Assembly (NCBI GenBank): GCA_001643675.2
Contig: LSRY02000050.1
Location: 124,001 to 188,000, forward strand
Direction: 5' to 3'
Origin: Monocercomonoides exilis PA203
Taxonomy: Eukaryota; Protista; Preaxostyla
Length of the DNA stretch: 64,000 bases
Shown: positions 54,330-64,000 of the stretch, piece after piece
How the letters are laid out: each line of letters opens with the position of its first letter
Position numbering within the stretch: the stretch's first letter is position 1
Made by a program: the position numbers and the translations under genes
The notes under the pieces: model-generated
What the model was told of the DNA's origin: nothing
The model's input: the letters and a program-made list of their open reading frames with translations, nothing else
Databases searched by the model: none

Positions 54330-55520
54330 GATAATTTAAATGAAATGAAAATTATAAAAGAGATGAAGAGTTACTGGAACCAATTCGGAAATGTTTGGTA
54401 TAGGCACTGACATATTCACATGAATTTTGATTTATGGTTAAAATTCTTTCCCCTTTTAAACAAAGTTAAATTTTTTGAAAAGATCAAAGTGTTGATTTTT
54501 CCGAATACCATATTTTTTCAGTAATCATTTCCCTAAGACATTATTTTCTATTTGTGTGCTTTATCTTCTGAAAGCTGCATGGAACAAGGAGATTAACGAA
54601 AAAGCTCAAAAAGAAGTGGAAATGGCATTGTTGGCTTTGAGCAACATTCACGAAAAATTTGTGTGAGAATCGCTTTTTTATTTTTTATGATGTGATCGAA
54701 TTTTCTTTCAACCTTTTAATTTCTTTAAACATTTTTTTAAGGAAATTCCAGAAGAATTGTTCTTCGACGAGATCAAAGAAATTGTGGAATACCATCATGA
54801 GTACCACAACCTTTTTCATCTTGCATATGTTTCAGCTTGGAAATTTGCGATAAATTGATTGTGTTTCAATGAAAATTTGCACGATGCTGATGCGAATGAT
54901 CCGCATTATAAAAGAGAAGCAGCAAGAGAAGAAAAAGAGCTGACCAAATATGTGGAATGGAAGAGGAAAGAAGAAGAGAATGAAGCGAGAAGAAAAGAGA
55001 AGAAAGATGATGTTGTTTTTATTTGATTACTTGATACAATTGATAATTATTTTTTTTCAAGCACATAATGGAATGAAGAATTTGCTAAGATGATTGGCAG
55101 CATTGCTCAGTTGGTTCGTGCATCAAAGGCTAATCACAGAGGAATTCATAAACAATTCATATGTGCTTTTGCAAATACGGCTGGTTGCGACTATGTGAAT
55201 ATTGGTGTTTTTTTGAAGGAAGGAGCTGCTGATCTCATTTTGTAGCAATTTCAATTGCCAACATTTAAAGATGAAGTAATATATATTTGTTTGCTTGAGA
55301 TTCTTAATGAATCTATTGTAAGTCTGAAAAAAGAAGAGCACAGCGAAGCTAACGAAATGAAAAGAAACAACTTTCAAAGTTGTTTATTTGAAAAGATAGA
55401 ACGAAAAGAATGTGGTGATGTAATCACAAGCTTTCAAGAAATATTACATTTTCTTAATCAAAAATATATATATAATTACAAATCACGTTTTATATTTTGG
55501 ATTGTTTTGTGAATGTTTGA
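54330..55520 (+). pseudogene. Decayed copy of the helical multigene family
   Basis: Contains CVLYLLKAAWNKEINEKAQKEVEMALLALSNI, KREAARE, WNEEF and an end resembling the family YLVNV terminus. Many stops and frameshifts. Confidence 0.75.
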
Positions 55521-56929
55521 TAAAATGAAATATTTTGAATTCATCACTCATTTGACATTTTTCTTATAAATCATTTCATAAAATATTTGAAAATCATCAA
55601 CAAAAAATCACATAAGTGATTTTTTTTAATAGAACTTTGAAATGAAACAAAACAAAAATAACAGCAGTTCATTTATCATTTTTTTAGTCATCTTTTCCCA
55701 TCTTTCACATCATCAACATTCAATATGCTCTAAGATTCCTTTAGAAAAATCCAAATGCACATGTAACACTTTATTTTCATTAGATGATTCAGTGCCTATT
55801 TCAAAGTTTTATGAAAATTTCTCGGTTCAATATCCGTTTCCAACATAATTTTTATAGTTTCATGGAAGATGAATAGAAATGAGATTGAAAATGTGATATG
55901 AACTTTTGTGGAGTAATCATACTAAAAAGAAATTAAAGAGCAAATGAATCAAATTGAAAGAACAACGAAATCGTTAATTCTGAACGATTGGAACATAATT
56001 ATTCCCGTTTTTGTGTAGATTTCTTTTTCCAAAATGATGATCTATCCAAGTACATTTTATTAAAGCGGAATGATATTTCAGAATTTTTTCGATTCCAACT
56101 CTTGTCCAGATCATAGAAAATTCGATGCATTGAAAATAGTGACAATTCTGAGTTCATTTTTTTCATTTTTATCGTTCTCATCCGTTCTGGCAAGAACTGA
56201 AATTTTCAAGCTTAATATAAGATACAAATTCATCTTTTTCATCATAAAAAAAAAAGGTTGCTAAAAAACCATTCTAATAGTTTTTTTTTCGCAACTCTTT
56301 GGAACTTCCTCATTGTTTTCAAAAACTTCGAATGGAATCCTTGAAATATGTTCATTTAATTATCGGGGGGTGCTTGATGTTTTTCACAAAGGCTTTGTTT
56401 GCACATTTTGATGCAAAATTGAATCACTTTAAAAACAAAACAAACATCACATTTTTTCTCTTTATGTTTATGCAACTTAATAAAAACGATAATTAATGCT
56501 CTCTTTATTCTTCAAATTGCTTTAATATGTATTTTTCATGAAAAAACGCAAACGCATCAATTGAAAAATGAAATGTTATAGTTGTCAATCTTTTTCGAAA
56601 AGAACAAACAAAACTACAACACCTCTTGTATTGGGAGTGATAACAGTTGGGAATTGTTATATATCTGCCTGAATATGACTAATCTCACTTATCTGAACTG
56701 TTCTTATTGTTGTATATTCAATTCTGCTTCATTCTCTTGTAGGCTCCACCGTCTGCGAGCTTGGAACTAACGAGTTGAGTTTGTTGTCCAGTTCCGCAAT
56801 GTGTAGTCGTGGGAACGCAGTTGTTCTTGAGAAGAGGTTTGTTGTTTCCTGTAGTACTGAGGCTGGGAGAAATGGTGCTTGGGCAATGGATGAGCAGTTG
56901 CAAGCAACAAGTGCGGTTTGATCTTCCTG

Positions 56930-57830
56930 TCGAGGAGCAACTAGCGCGTGGGCAATGTCGGATGCAAGGTTGGCTCAAAGATAGGAGCGCGTTGGAGTGT
57001 GAGCTGTCGGTGATAAGCGAGCATGTCTCGCTATTAGCACTTCCGGTACTCCCTTCAAGATCAAGGCGGAAATGGCTGCATGCTTGATTGCGTATTGTCT
57101 GAACTCCTATGGGATCCTCACCTGCGTCATTCCGAGTTTTACCATTTTTCTGATTCCTGAAGTCTTCAGCGGTGTGTAATGCGTTGTATTCAGAAGAAAT
57201 GTGTCTCTCGATTCGTAGGTCCTTCAAACTCTTTCCCAAAGGCAGTTGACGGTTCTTGCTGGGCAGATCTTCTCATCTCCTTCTCCTAAGAAAGGAATTG
57301 CAAGACAACTCGGGGGAATGGATGATTTCAGGTGGGTGTGAAGATGGATGGCATCGTTGTCAAAAAGAGATTTGTTCATCGATAATAGTTCGAGTTCGTG
57401 GAAGCGGCATGCTGCGAATAGCACGCAAAGCATTATGCACTTAACAGTAAGTTCATTGAAGGATAGATCAATATTGATTGGCCGTGAGTTGTTGAAATCG
57501 AAGACCAAGGTGGGCGACCACATATATGTGAATGGTTTTCTGGGAACGTGTGAACGGTGGAACGAGCGGAAGATTGTCTTCATAATTGGGACTTGCTAAA
57601 TTTCCTCTCCACAACCAATTCTTGAGATTTGAGAAATTGCGGATCTCGTGGGACACATGCACGTGTTGGGGAATCCCTTTTCCTTTTGTTTGACAAAAAG
57701 CATGGTCCACCTTCAACACCATTCCAAAAAGTCTAGTGGAAATTCTCCACAGTTTTTCCTCAGCCCAGGACTGGGAGACATGATCGAATCCGAATGTGTG
57801 GGCTGTCCAAATTTAAGTCGATATACGATT
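56930..57830 (-). pseudogene. Tyrosine recombinase of the DIRS-like element, disrupted
   Basis: LFAACRFHEL (first catalytic Arg box) and ICPART. A downstream frame reads FRQYAIKHAAISALILKGVPEVLIARHARLSPTAHTPTRSY, ending in the putative catalytic Tyr. Confidence 0.75.
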
Positions 57831-57928
57831 TTAAGCTTCGGTGATTATTGTTTCGGGAATATTGCATCTTCGAATGCCGCTGTTCCACTGCTGTTCTCCT
57901 CTATGTGCTTCCAGTTGAGTCTTGCTGC

Positions 57929-59833
57929 TTAGAAAGGTCCCGGAAGATGTGATGCTCCCAACCTCTTCATTCCTGGGCATGCCCTCAATATTTTCCTCGA
58001 ATCGCTCCATCTCATGTGAGATGTCGTCATCTCTCTCAGAAGAGGTGTCCAGACCTGTAACTTCCAGGCTGGAAGCAGAATCACTGCTCTCGCCTGTTCC
58101 TCCCGAATCTTCATAAAGCAAGGAAGAATCAGTGGTATCGTTAGATGTACCAGCGTCACCGCTCCTTTCCAGCCTGCTTGCAGTCCGTCCTCCAGCTCCG
58201 GACTTCCTGGTCCAAACCAAGTCATTGTTTTCCTGTTTGTTGCGCTTGCGAAGGCGTCCTGTTCGATTGTCAGATCTAACCGATGTTCCAACTCTCTTAA
58301 TACTTCGTCTGTAATCTCGTAGTCTCCTGCGCGTTGAAGTCTTGAGAGAGCATCCACTGTCAAGTTCTTTGCTCCTGGGAGGTTAATTGCTCTCAGCTGA
58401 ATGTTCCATTCTATTGTCCATTATCTGATTTTCCTCGTAAGAGCCAGGAGATTCTAATTTGCTGTTCAGCGATTGATGTCGTACACAACGGAGGTGTTGT
58501 CCGATCTCAGAAGAATCCTTCTGACATTGTGCTTGGCTATGAGATAGCGAAAATGTTAAATGGTCAAATGGACAGCTTATATCTCCTTGAAATTGGATTA
58601 CTGGTTGAGGAATACTCGATTGAAAGTTTGTTGGAAGTGGTATGGAGATCTGCCTGTTCGAAGGGTTGCACCACAGGCCCAGGGTGCAGCATCGGTTGTT
58701 AATGTTGCGTCTGGAATTGCAAACGACACACAAGGTCTTTCCTTCTTCTTTCTCAGTCTCGTTTTCCAATATTGCAGCTGTTCCCTGATTGAATGGTTCA
58801 GATTCATCGCACCAGTCCAACCGGTTTACATGACTGCGTTGTTGAGTTCCTTGTACAATTTGTTCATGTGCAGAGAAGCGTCTGCGGAGACGAATCGAGT
58901 TGCGCTGATTTCTCCAACGAGTGATGCGAAGTCTATTGTCATTATCAATGTTTCCTTCGATGCCAAATTCATCCACCGTTTTATTTTCTTTTGCAACGAG
59001 GACCTGCGCTTCGTCTCCACTGAGACCTTCATCACACGAGTCTTCCATGTCCAACCAAGGAAGGAGAAGGTTTTTCTTGGAGTTAACCTGCTCTTCTCTT
59101 CGTTGACAACATGTCCGAGATTGTTGAACCAGTGAACGATTCCTGTTGCAGCTTTCAGCAAGGCGTCTTTGTCCTCGTGCAAAATGATAATGTCGTCGAT
59201 ATAATTCAAACATCTTCCACTCCACCTTTTCCGAACCTGCTGCATAACCTTCCTCATCAGCTTTGTAAATATTCGTGGAGCATCTTTGTAACCGAAGGGG
59301 AGACCTTTGAATGCGAATGTCCTCTCTCCGAAGCCGAAAGCAAGGAAGGTAGTGAAATCTTTGTGTACGGGGACAAGGAAGTAGGCTTGTGAGAGGTCTA
59401 TTGAAACCGCATAATCGTCCTTGCGGAGGAGCCTCTCCAGTGTCTTGTGTTCATCGGATTTGAAGTGAATGTCCTTTATAGCTTTGTTCAAGGGGCGACA
59501 ATCGATGATCTGTCGATATTTCCAGTTCTTTTTTTTTATATAGAACAACGTGTTCTAACATTTTGCCTCTCCTTCTTTGATTTCACATAAGATGTTGTTG
59601 GACAAACTCTCCTGTATCCATTTGGGGCACTCTTCTTCTTCCTTTCTTGTGCCAATGAAGCCTCTTCGCAAATAAACCTCCATCATTAACTTTTCTTTCG
59701 CAGATCTTCCTTTCCAAACTGGGCGAACTCCAAACGATGTTATGTTCTTCACTCCAATACTCCTCCATTCCTGTGCAAACATCTGAGTCATGCCTCCTAT
59801 TAAATTTTGAGTGTCCCCCGGCTTCTGAACCAT
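57929..59833 (-). pseudogene. pol: reverse transcriptase, RNase H and DIRS-type adenine-methyltransferase-like domain, with internal stops
   Basis: RT motifs RQIIDCRPLN, SIDLSQAY, GLPFGYKDAPRIF, NYIDDII and FLGW. RNase H motifs TTDAAPWACGA, RSDNTSVV and VDALSR. MT-like segment QDAFASATN...LPAWKLQVW. In-frame stops at 59555, 58826, 58598 and others. Confidence 0.9.
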
Positions 59834-59895
59834 TTCCCTGTTTGTCTCTGTTGTCTGGCTGATGTTCTCGTTCGGAACTGGGCAGGGCCGATGCT

Positions 59896-60516
59896 TCAGG
59901 CCGGAAGCCGAAAAAATCTTCTTCTATTGTGGAGTTGGTGTTGCGATGGTTGCGATCGAGCTCTCCTTGCCTCGAGAAATGGTTTGATCTTGGACAATTT
60001 TTCACCTGAGACAATTGCGTCCTCTGTTTCCACTCGAAGCGCTTTTTCTGACGCAAATCCGTATTCTTCTTGGACGCTCGAGTGCCTTGCTTCTTGGAGA
60101 CCCGAAATCATAAGCATCTTCGAATTGGATAGTCTTTCCTGTTTCTCAGGCGCATCTGCGTGTGTTAGAATAAGTGCCTTCACTGCTTGAATTAAGTAGC
60201 GTTCAACTCTCCAGCCACTAGAGTTTAGAGCGTCCTTCATCCAGTTTGATAATCTGGCAAATTCGTGAACCTTGGATGGGATAAAAGGAGTGTATGAAAT
60301 TGATTCATTAAAGGAAACTGTATCGGCTGCATCAGGTGAGTAGATTTTTAGATCAAAAATGGATTCTGAGGTTTCTGACCCAAATAATTCTCTGCATAAC
60401 GTTGCAAAAATATCCTTTCCATTTGGGGATGAAGCAGAAGAGTTATCACCTAATGGAGATTGCGCTTGTTGCAGAGGTTGTACACTGTTTGAGGAGGTAG
60501 GTTTAGATAAGCCCAC
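59896..60516 (-). CDS. Putative gag-like ORF of the DIRS-like element
   Basis: 206-aa ORF directly upstream of RT inside the terminal repeats. Assignment is positional only. Confidence 0.5.
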   Translation of the reverse strand: MGLSKPTSSNSVQPLQQAQSPLGDNSSASSPNGKDIFATLCRELFGSETSESIFDLKIYSPDAADTVSFNESISYTPFIPSKVHEFARLSNWMKDALNSSGWRVERYLIQAVKALILTHADAPEKQERLSNSKMLMISGLQEARHSSVQEEYGFASEKALRVETEDAIVSGEKLSKIKPFLEARRARSQPSQHQLHNRRRFFRLPA

Positions 60517-61080
60517 GCCGCCCGTTGATCCGCTGAGTGTTTAAATACTACCCAGTGCCGATGCAGGTCCTGTTGCAGTGTTTTCAATATCCATGATCTG
60601 ATAAGCGACTGAGCCCTTAATACAGGCTCTACTCCCATTACAAGAGGTGTTGTTGTTATCGTTTGTTCTGGAGAATTATGGAACTCTGTTCTTTAATTTG
60701 AAAATGAAATGAAACTATCTTGAGATGTCACTTGCATATTCTGTTCTTCTGCTTCTTCTTATGTATTTTAAGATAAATTGACTGGAAATGAAGAAAGAAA
60801 TCACTGACTTCTGTAACGCATCAATATTCCGATAATCGCTTTCACGTCAGTGAAAATTGAATCATGGAAAATCTGATTTTAGGTTTTTTTTATTTATTTT
60901 ATTTTTTTTTTTTTGACGTGGAAATTTTTGTCACGTCCGTCAAAAATCGAAAATGTTATATCATAAGTTACCACGTCACACAGCACTATTATAAATATTA
61001 AAAAAAATAAAATTCAATGCAAACAAGAAATCAGTATTACAATTTAAATGTTTTTTCTTTTATCAAAAAACAAAATACAA

Positions 61081-61145
61081 GCCGACTGTCTTATCAGTCG
61101 ATTTGTCGAGCAGATGTCAAAATATCGGCATGTCGCAAAGGACTT
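61081..61145 (-). mobile_element. Degenerate orphan left end of the TAGGCCTTTGCGACA hAT family
   Basis: GTCGATTTGTCGAGCAGATGTCAAAATATCGGCATGTCGCAAAGGACTT resembles the reverse complement of 16146-16195. Confidence 0.65.
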
Positions 61146-61619
61146 TAAAAACATCATTGGACTGATGAGGTTCAATTATCACCTGTTACTCCAAGCCAAG
61201 ACCTTTGAATAACAATTCACAACAAGAAAAATAGAGAATGTTGCAGGAACAATTCCAGAGATAGAAAAGAAGATAGAACTGCAAAGAAAGAAATTGAGTC
61301 AACATAGAACAGACATAATTGAAGAAATCAACAAACCAAGCCAACGACGAAGTCGCATCAGATTTATACCAAATACAGATACAGTTAGCCAATACAGAGA
61401 ATCGATGCCTATGGCTTAGTCCGATAACCGATGCCAAACGCGAGCGCCATTAACCAGATGCCAAAACCTCGTGTCGAACCAAGCCCAAGACAACCGCCAA
61501 GTGCAACTTCACCTCTGCACTTAATTAGGCACAGAACAAAATTACTGTTTTGTTATTTTCACACTTCATCCATTTGTTCACATCACTTTTGCAGCCGGCT
61601 GAGCCCAAAATGCAGAACT

Positions 61620-61686
61620 CACTCAAAAAAATAAAGAGGTGTTGTGGATAACGGTTTATCTTTTGAATAATGGAACTCTGTTCTTT
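61620..61686 (+). repeat. Second diverged copy of the DIRS terminal sequence
   Basis: AAGAGGTGTTGT...ATGGAACTCTGTTCTTTA matches 60642-60695. Possibly the end of another DIRS remnant. Confidence 0.6.
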
Positions 61687-62334
61687 ATAATCAAACTAAT
61701 AGTAGATATATATATATATATATAAGGATTTTTTAAGAGTTTTGTTTGTTCAAAAATACATTATTTCTCTTTTTGAAAACTGCGTTGATTTTTCTCCACG
61801 AAATATTATTCTTTAATTATTAAAATTTCTGTATTTTCATGCTTTGAAATGGAAGACTTAAAATGATTTAAATGCAGAAATAGTTTGGAACTTATCTTTG
61901 TTTTTTTCATTATTGAAAATATTTTACCCCATATTTTTTGTTAATTATAACATCTTTAAACTTGCAATGCGACTTTCACCAAACAAAAACGATTTTTTAT
62001 AGATTAGAAAGTTCATTAATGCATAAGCATGTTGTCATTTTTGTAAAATTCGACTGTTATTGACACAAGTTTTCTCCCTTAATTTTCCATTATGCAAATA
62101 ATTTGTCAAAATTTTGAGGAAAGTTGGAAAATTGAGTTTATCTTCAAAAAAATGTATTCTTGTAAAAACAAATATAAAATACAAAAATCGTAGAACTCAG
62201 CAATCCTTGGTCAAGGTTTTGTTGATTTTGAAATAAAAATCCAACATCTTCTCTCGAAGGGGAATAAAAAAAAAATCGGAAAAATATTATTTAATAATTT
62301 CTCATATTATAATTTTCATTATCGTAAGGTTTTG

Positions 62335-64000
62335 CTACTTATGCTTATTTCTTTTTTTACAAACGCAAACAAAAACAACAACGATTACAACAAATGTAAT
62401 AGAACCGATGACAATTCCTGTGATTGCACCACCAGACAACTTCTTTTTTGTCGGTTGACTTTCTTCCTTTGTCAGTGGAGGCAACACAGGACTTTTCACA
62501 CATTTTGCTTCTTTATTTCTATAATAGCCACTTGTGCAGCGAGCAAACACACAACTGTCTGCAAACTTTCCTTCCTTGCAAGGATTTCCATATACTGCAT
62601 TTGAATCTGTATCTGGTACAGCGCATGATTCATTTACCTTCACCTGCCAGCTATAGCACACATCAAAATACTTCTTCACATTTGCCAACAGTGTGAGATA
62701 TCCGTTCGCATTTCTTGCTTCTTCTGCACTTGGATAATACGGATACACAACATCAGGTTCAATCACCTTAAACTCGAGCTGCTCGTCTGGTGTCTTCCAG
62801 TCAGAGGAATATCCTGCAAGCACTGCAAGTGTCACATCAGTGTTCTGACGTGGAAACTGTGAAGGCCAATCTTCAGATGTTTCAGTTTCACCTTTCAGCT
62901 CCTTTAAAATCAAAGGAGATAAAACACCATTGGCTCCTGAAGATGCAATGTCAAAACCAACATCTTTTCTTGTTAACGCGCCACCCACGCCTACAACTTT
63001 AGCCAGCTGCTTCTCTTTAATCTGCTTCAAGAACAAGGAGCACGACGCAGCACATGTCCCATCTGTCACAAACAACAAGTCATTCGGATCAAACAAGTTC
63101 TTTCCATAAAGTGAGGAAGGAATCAGTCCATCAATAAAAGAATTCAAAAGTCTGTCATAGTTGATGGCAAATGAACCACTCCATGTTTGAAAGCGTTCTT
63201 TGCCATCAACAATTGTTCTCTTTTCTGTTGTTGGCAATTCTGTAACATTATCAATGATGTCCAACGTTTCGTAATTTGTAAATAGTGACGTTTCACCATT
63301 CGCCAAAGTTGCGACGAAGGCATCTGTAGCTTTTGTTCTGACGTATTTATAATGTGAGTTCAAAGGAAAAGTCTCAGAAAAAAGCAAATGGTATACAATC
63401 GAACTGAGAATGCTCGATCCTCCTCCATTTCCCCGAACATCAAAGATCATCTTATAGTTGCTGTTTTTCGCTTCTTGAACAGCATTCACAACTATTTGCA
63501 CAAATCTATTAAAATGCTCTTCAGTACTGTTGGTAAAGCTCTTGATGCGACAGTATCCGATCTTCCACTCAGGAATCGCTACACAATGAATAACATTGGG
63601 TATTTCTCCAATCTCTTTGACTTCCACCGCATCGTTAGATCGTGACTGTTTCCTCTTTGATTCAGCTGCTATTTTCTGGTTTTCTTTCTCCATTAATTTA
63701 TGCAATTTCTGAACTGCTGGTGGATAGAGATGCTCCAATGGCTGATGAAAAATACGATCCATGGCAAGCATCTTTCGAAGAGGCTTGTTTGCAATAAACT
63801 TCTCAAATACATTAATAAATTGAGTATCATTTGCATATTTCTCTCGGATTTTCCGGATCTCCAAATCATCTTGCTTTTTAACCTGCTCTTCACTCATGTT
63901 AGCAAACAATTTGTATTCGTCAATCAACTTTTCCTGTGGCATCTTTGTTGACTGTAACAACTTCTGCAGAACTTCAGACCTATCTTCTTTGGCTAATTTC
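62335..64000 (-). CDS. S41-family (tail-specific protease-like) peptidase homolog with C-terminal Cys-rich region and TM anchor; 5' end outside the window
   Basis: Motifs IGYCRIKSF, IFDVRGNGGG, VTDGTCAASC and KVVGVGG. TM segment AITGIVIGSITFVVIVVVFVCVC followed by KKR. The frame is open to the window edge. Confidence 0.8.
   Translation of the reverse strand, partial: KLAKEDRSEVLQKLLQSTKMPQEKLIDEYKLFANMSEEQVKKQDDLEIRKIREKYANDTQFINVFEKFIANKPLRKMLAMDRIFHQPLEHLYPPAVQKLHKLMEKENQKIAAESKRKQSRSNDAVEVKEIGEIPNVIHCVAIPEWKIGYCRIKSFTNSTEEHFNRFVQIVVNAVQEAKNSNYKMIFDVRGNGGGSSILSSIVYHLLFSETFPLNSHYKYVRTKATDAFVATLANGETSLFTNYETLDIIDNVTELPTTEKRTIVDGKERFQTWSGSFAINYDRLLNSFIDGLIPSSLYGKNLFDPNDLLFVTDGTCAASCSLFLKQIKEKQLAKVVGVGGALTRKDVGFDIASSGANGVLSPLILKELKGETETSEDWPSQFPRQNTDVTLAVLAGYSSDWKTPDEQLEFKVIEPDVVYPYYPSAEEARNANGYLTLLANVKKYFDVCYSWQVKVNESCAVPDTDSNAVYGNPCKEGKFADSCVFARCTSGYYRNKEAKCVKSPVLPPLTKEESQPTKKKLSGGAITGIVIGSITFVVIVVVFVCVCKKRNKHK

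Larger units (their letters stand above)
56590..60695 (-). mobile_element. DIRS-like tyrosine-recombinase retrotransposon, decayed
   Basis: Order on the minus strand is gag-like ORF, RT, RNase H, methyltransferase-like domain, tyrosine recombinase. Imperfect inverted terminal segments at 56601-56638 and 60631-60669. Confidence 0.88.

Noticed and set aside
56690-56712. Internal complementary region (ICR) of the DIRS element
   Set aside because: GAACTGTTCTT is only a short imperfect match to the terminus and is in direct, not complementary, orientation.
2544-59833. Genome-wide TAA/TAG-to-Gln recoding as the explanation for interrupted ORFs
   Set aside because: The interrupted hAT and DIRS genes also contain TGA stops and frameshifts, and long intact genes have no internal TAA/TAG. 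Ordinary decay is sufficient.

Overview
AT-rich eukaryotic DNA with short GT-AG introns, Glu/Lys- and Ser-rich low-complexity coding sequence and many decayed ORFs. The gene families suggest an oxymonad protist such as Monocercomonoides (inference, no database search). Mobile DNA dominates. (1) Two adjacent non-autonomous hAT-type elements (11125-15853, 16146-19992) have matching TAGGC(C/T)T(T/C)TGCGACA termini and perfect 8-bp target-site duplications but different 3-4 kb gene-like cargo, so they look like 'Pack-hAT' elements. A decayed hAT transposase with a related terminus lies nearby (2544-5833). (2) A nest at 34153-39013: a TA-flanked foldback MITE contains an apparently intact, intron-containing Fot1/pogo-like DD35D transposon and a 2-kb palindromic element flanked by CA. 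(3) A further 1.9-kb foldback element and a 162-bp MITE share CCATTGG-type ends. (4) A decayed DIRS-like tyrosine-recombinase retrotransposon spans about 56590-60695. Host genes include three apparently intact and two decayed copies of one helical protein family, a ~990-codon membrane-anchored surface protein with one in-frame TAA, and a 5'-truncated S41-like membrane peptidase. No rRNA, tRNA or CRISPR array was recognised.
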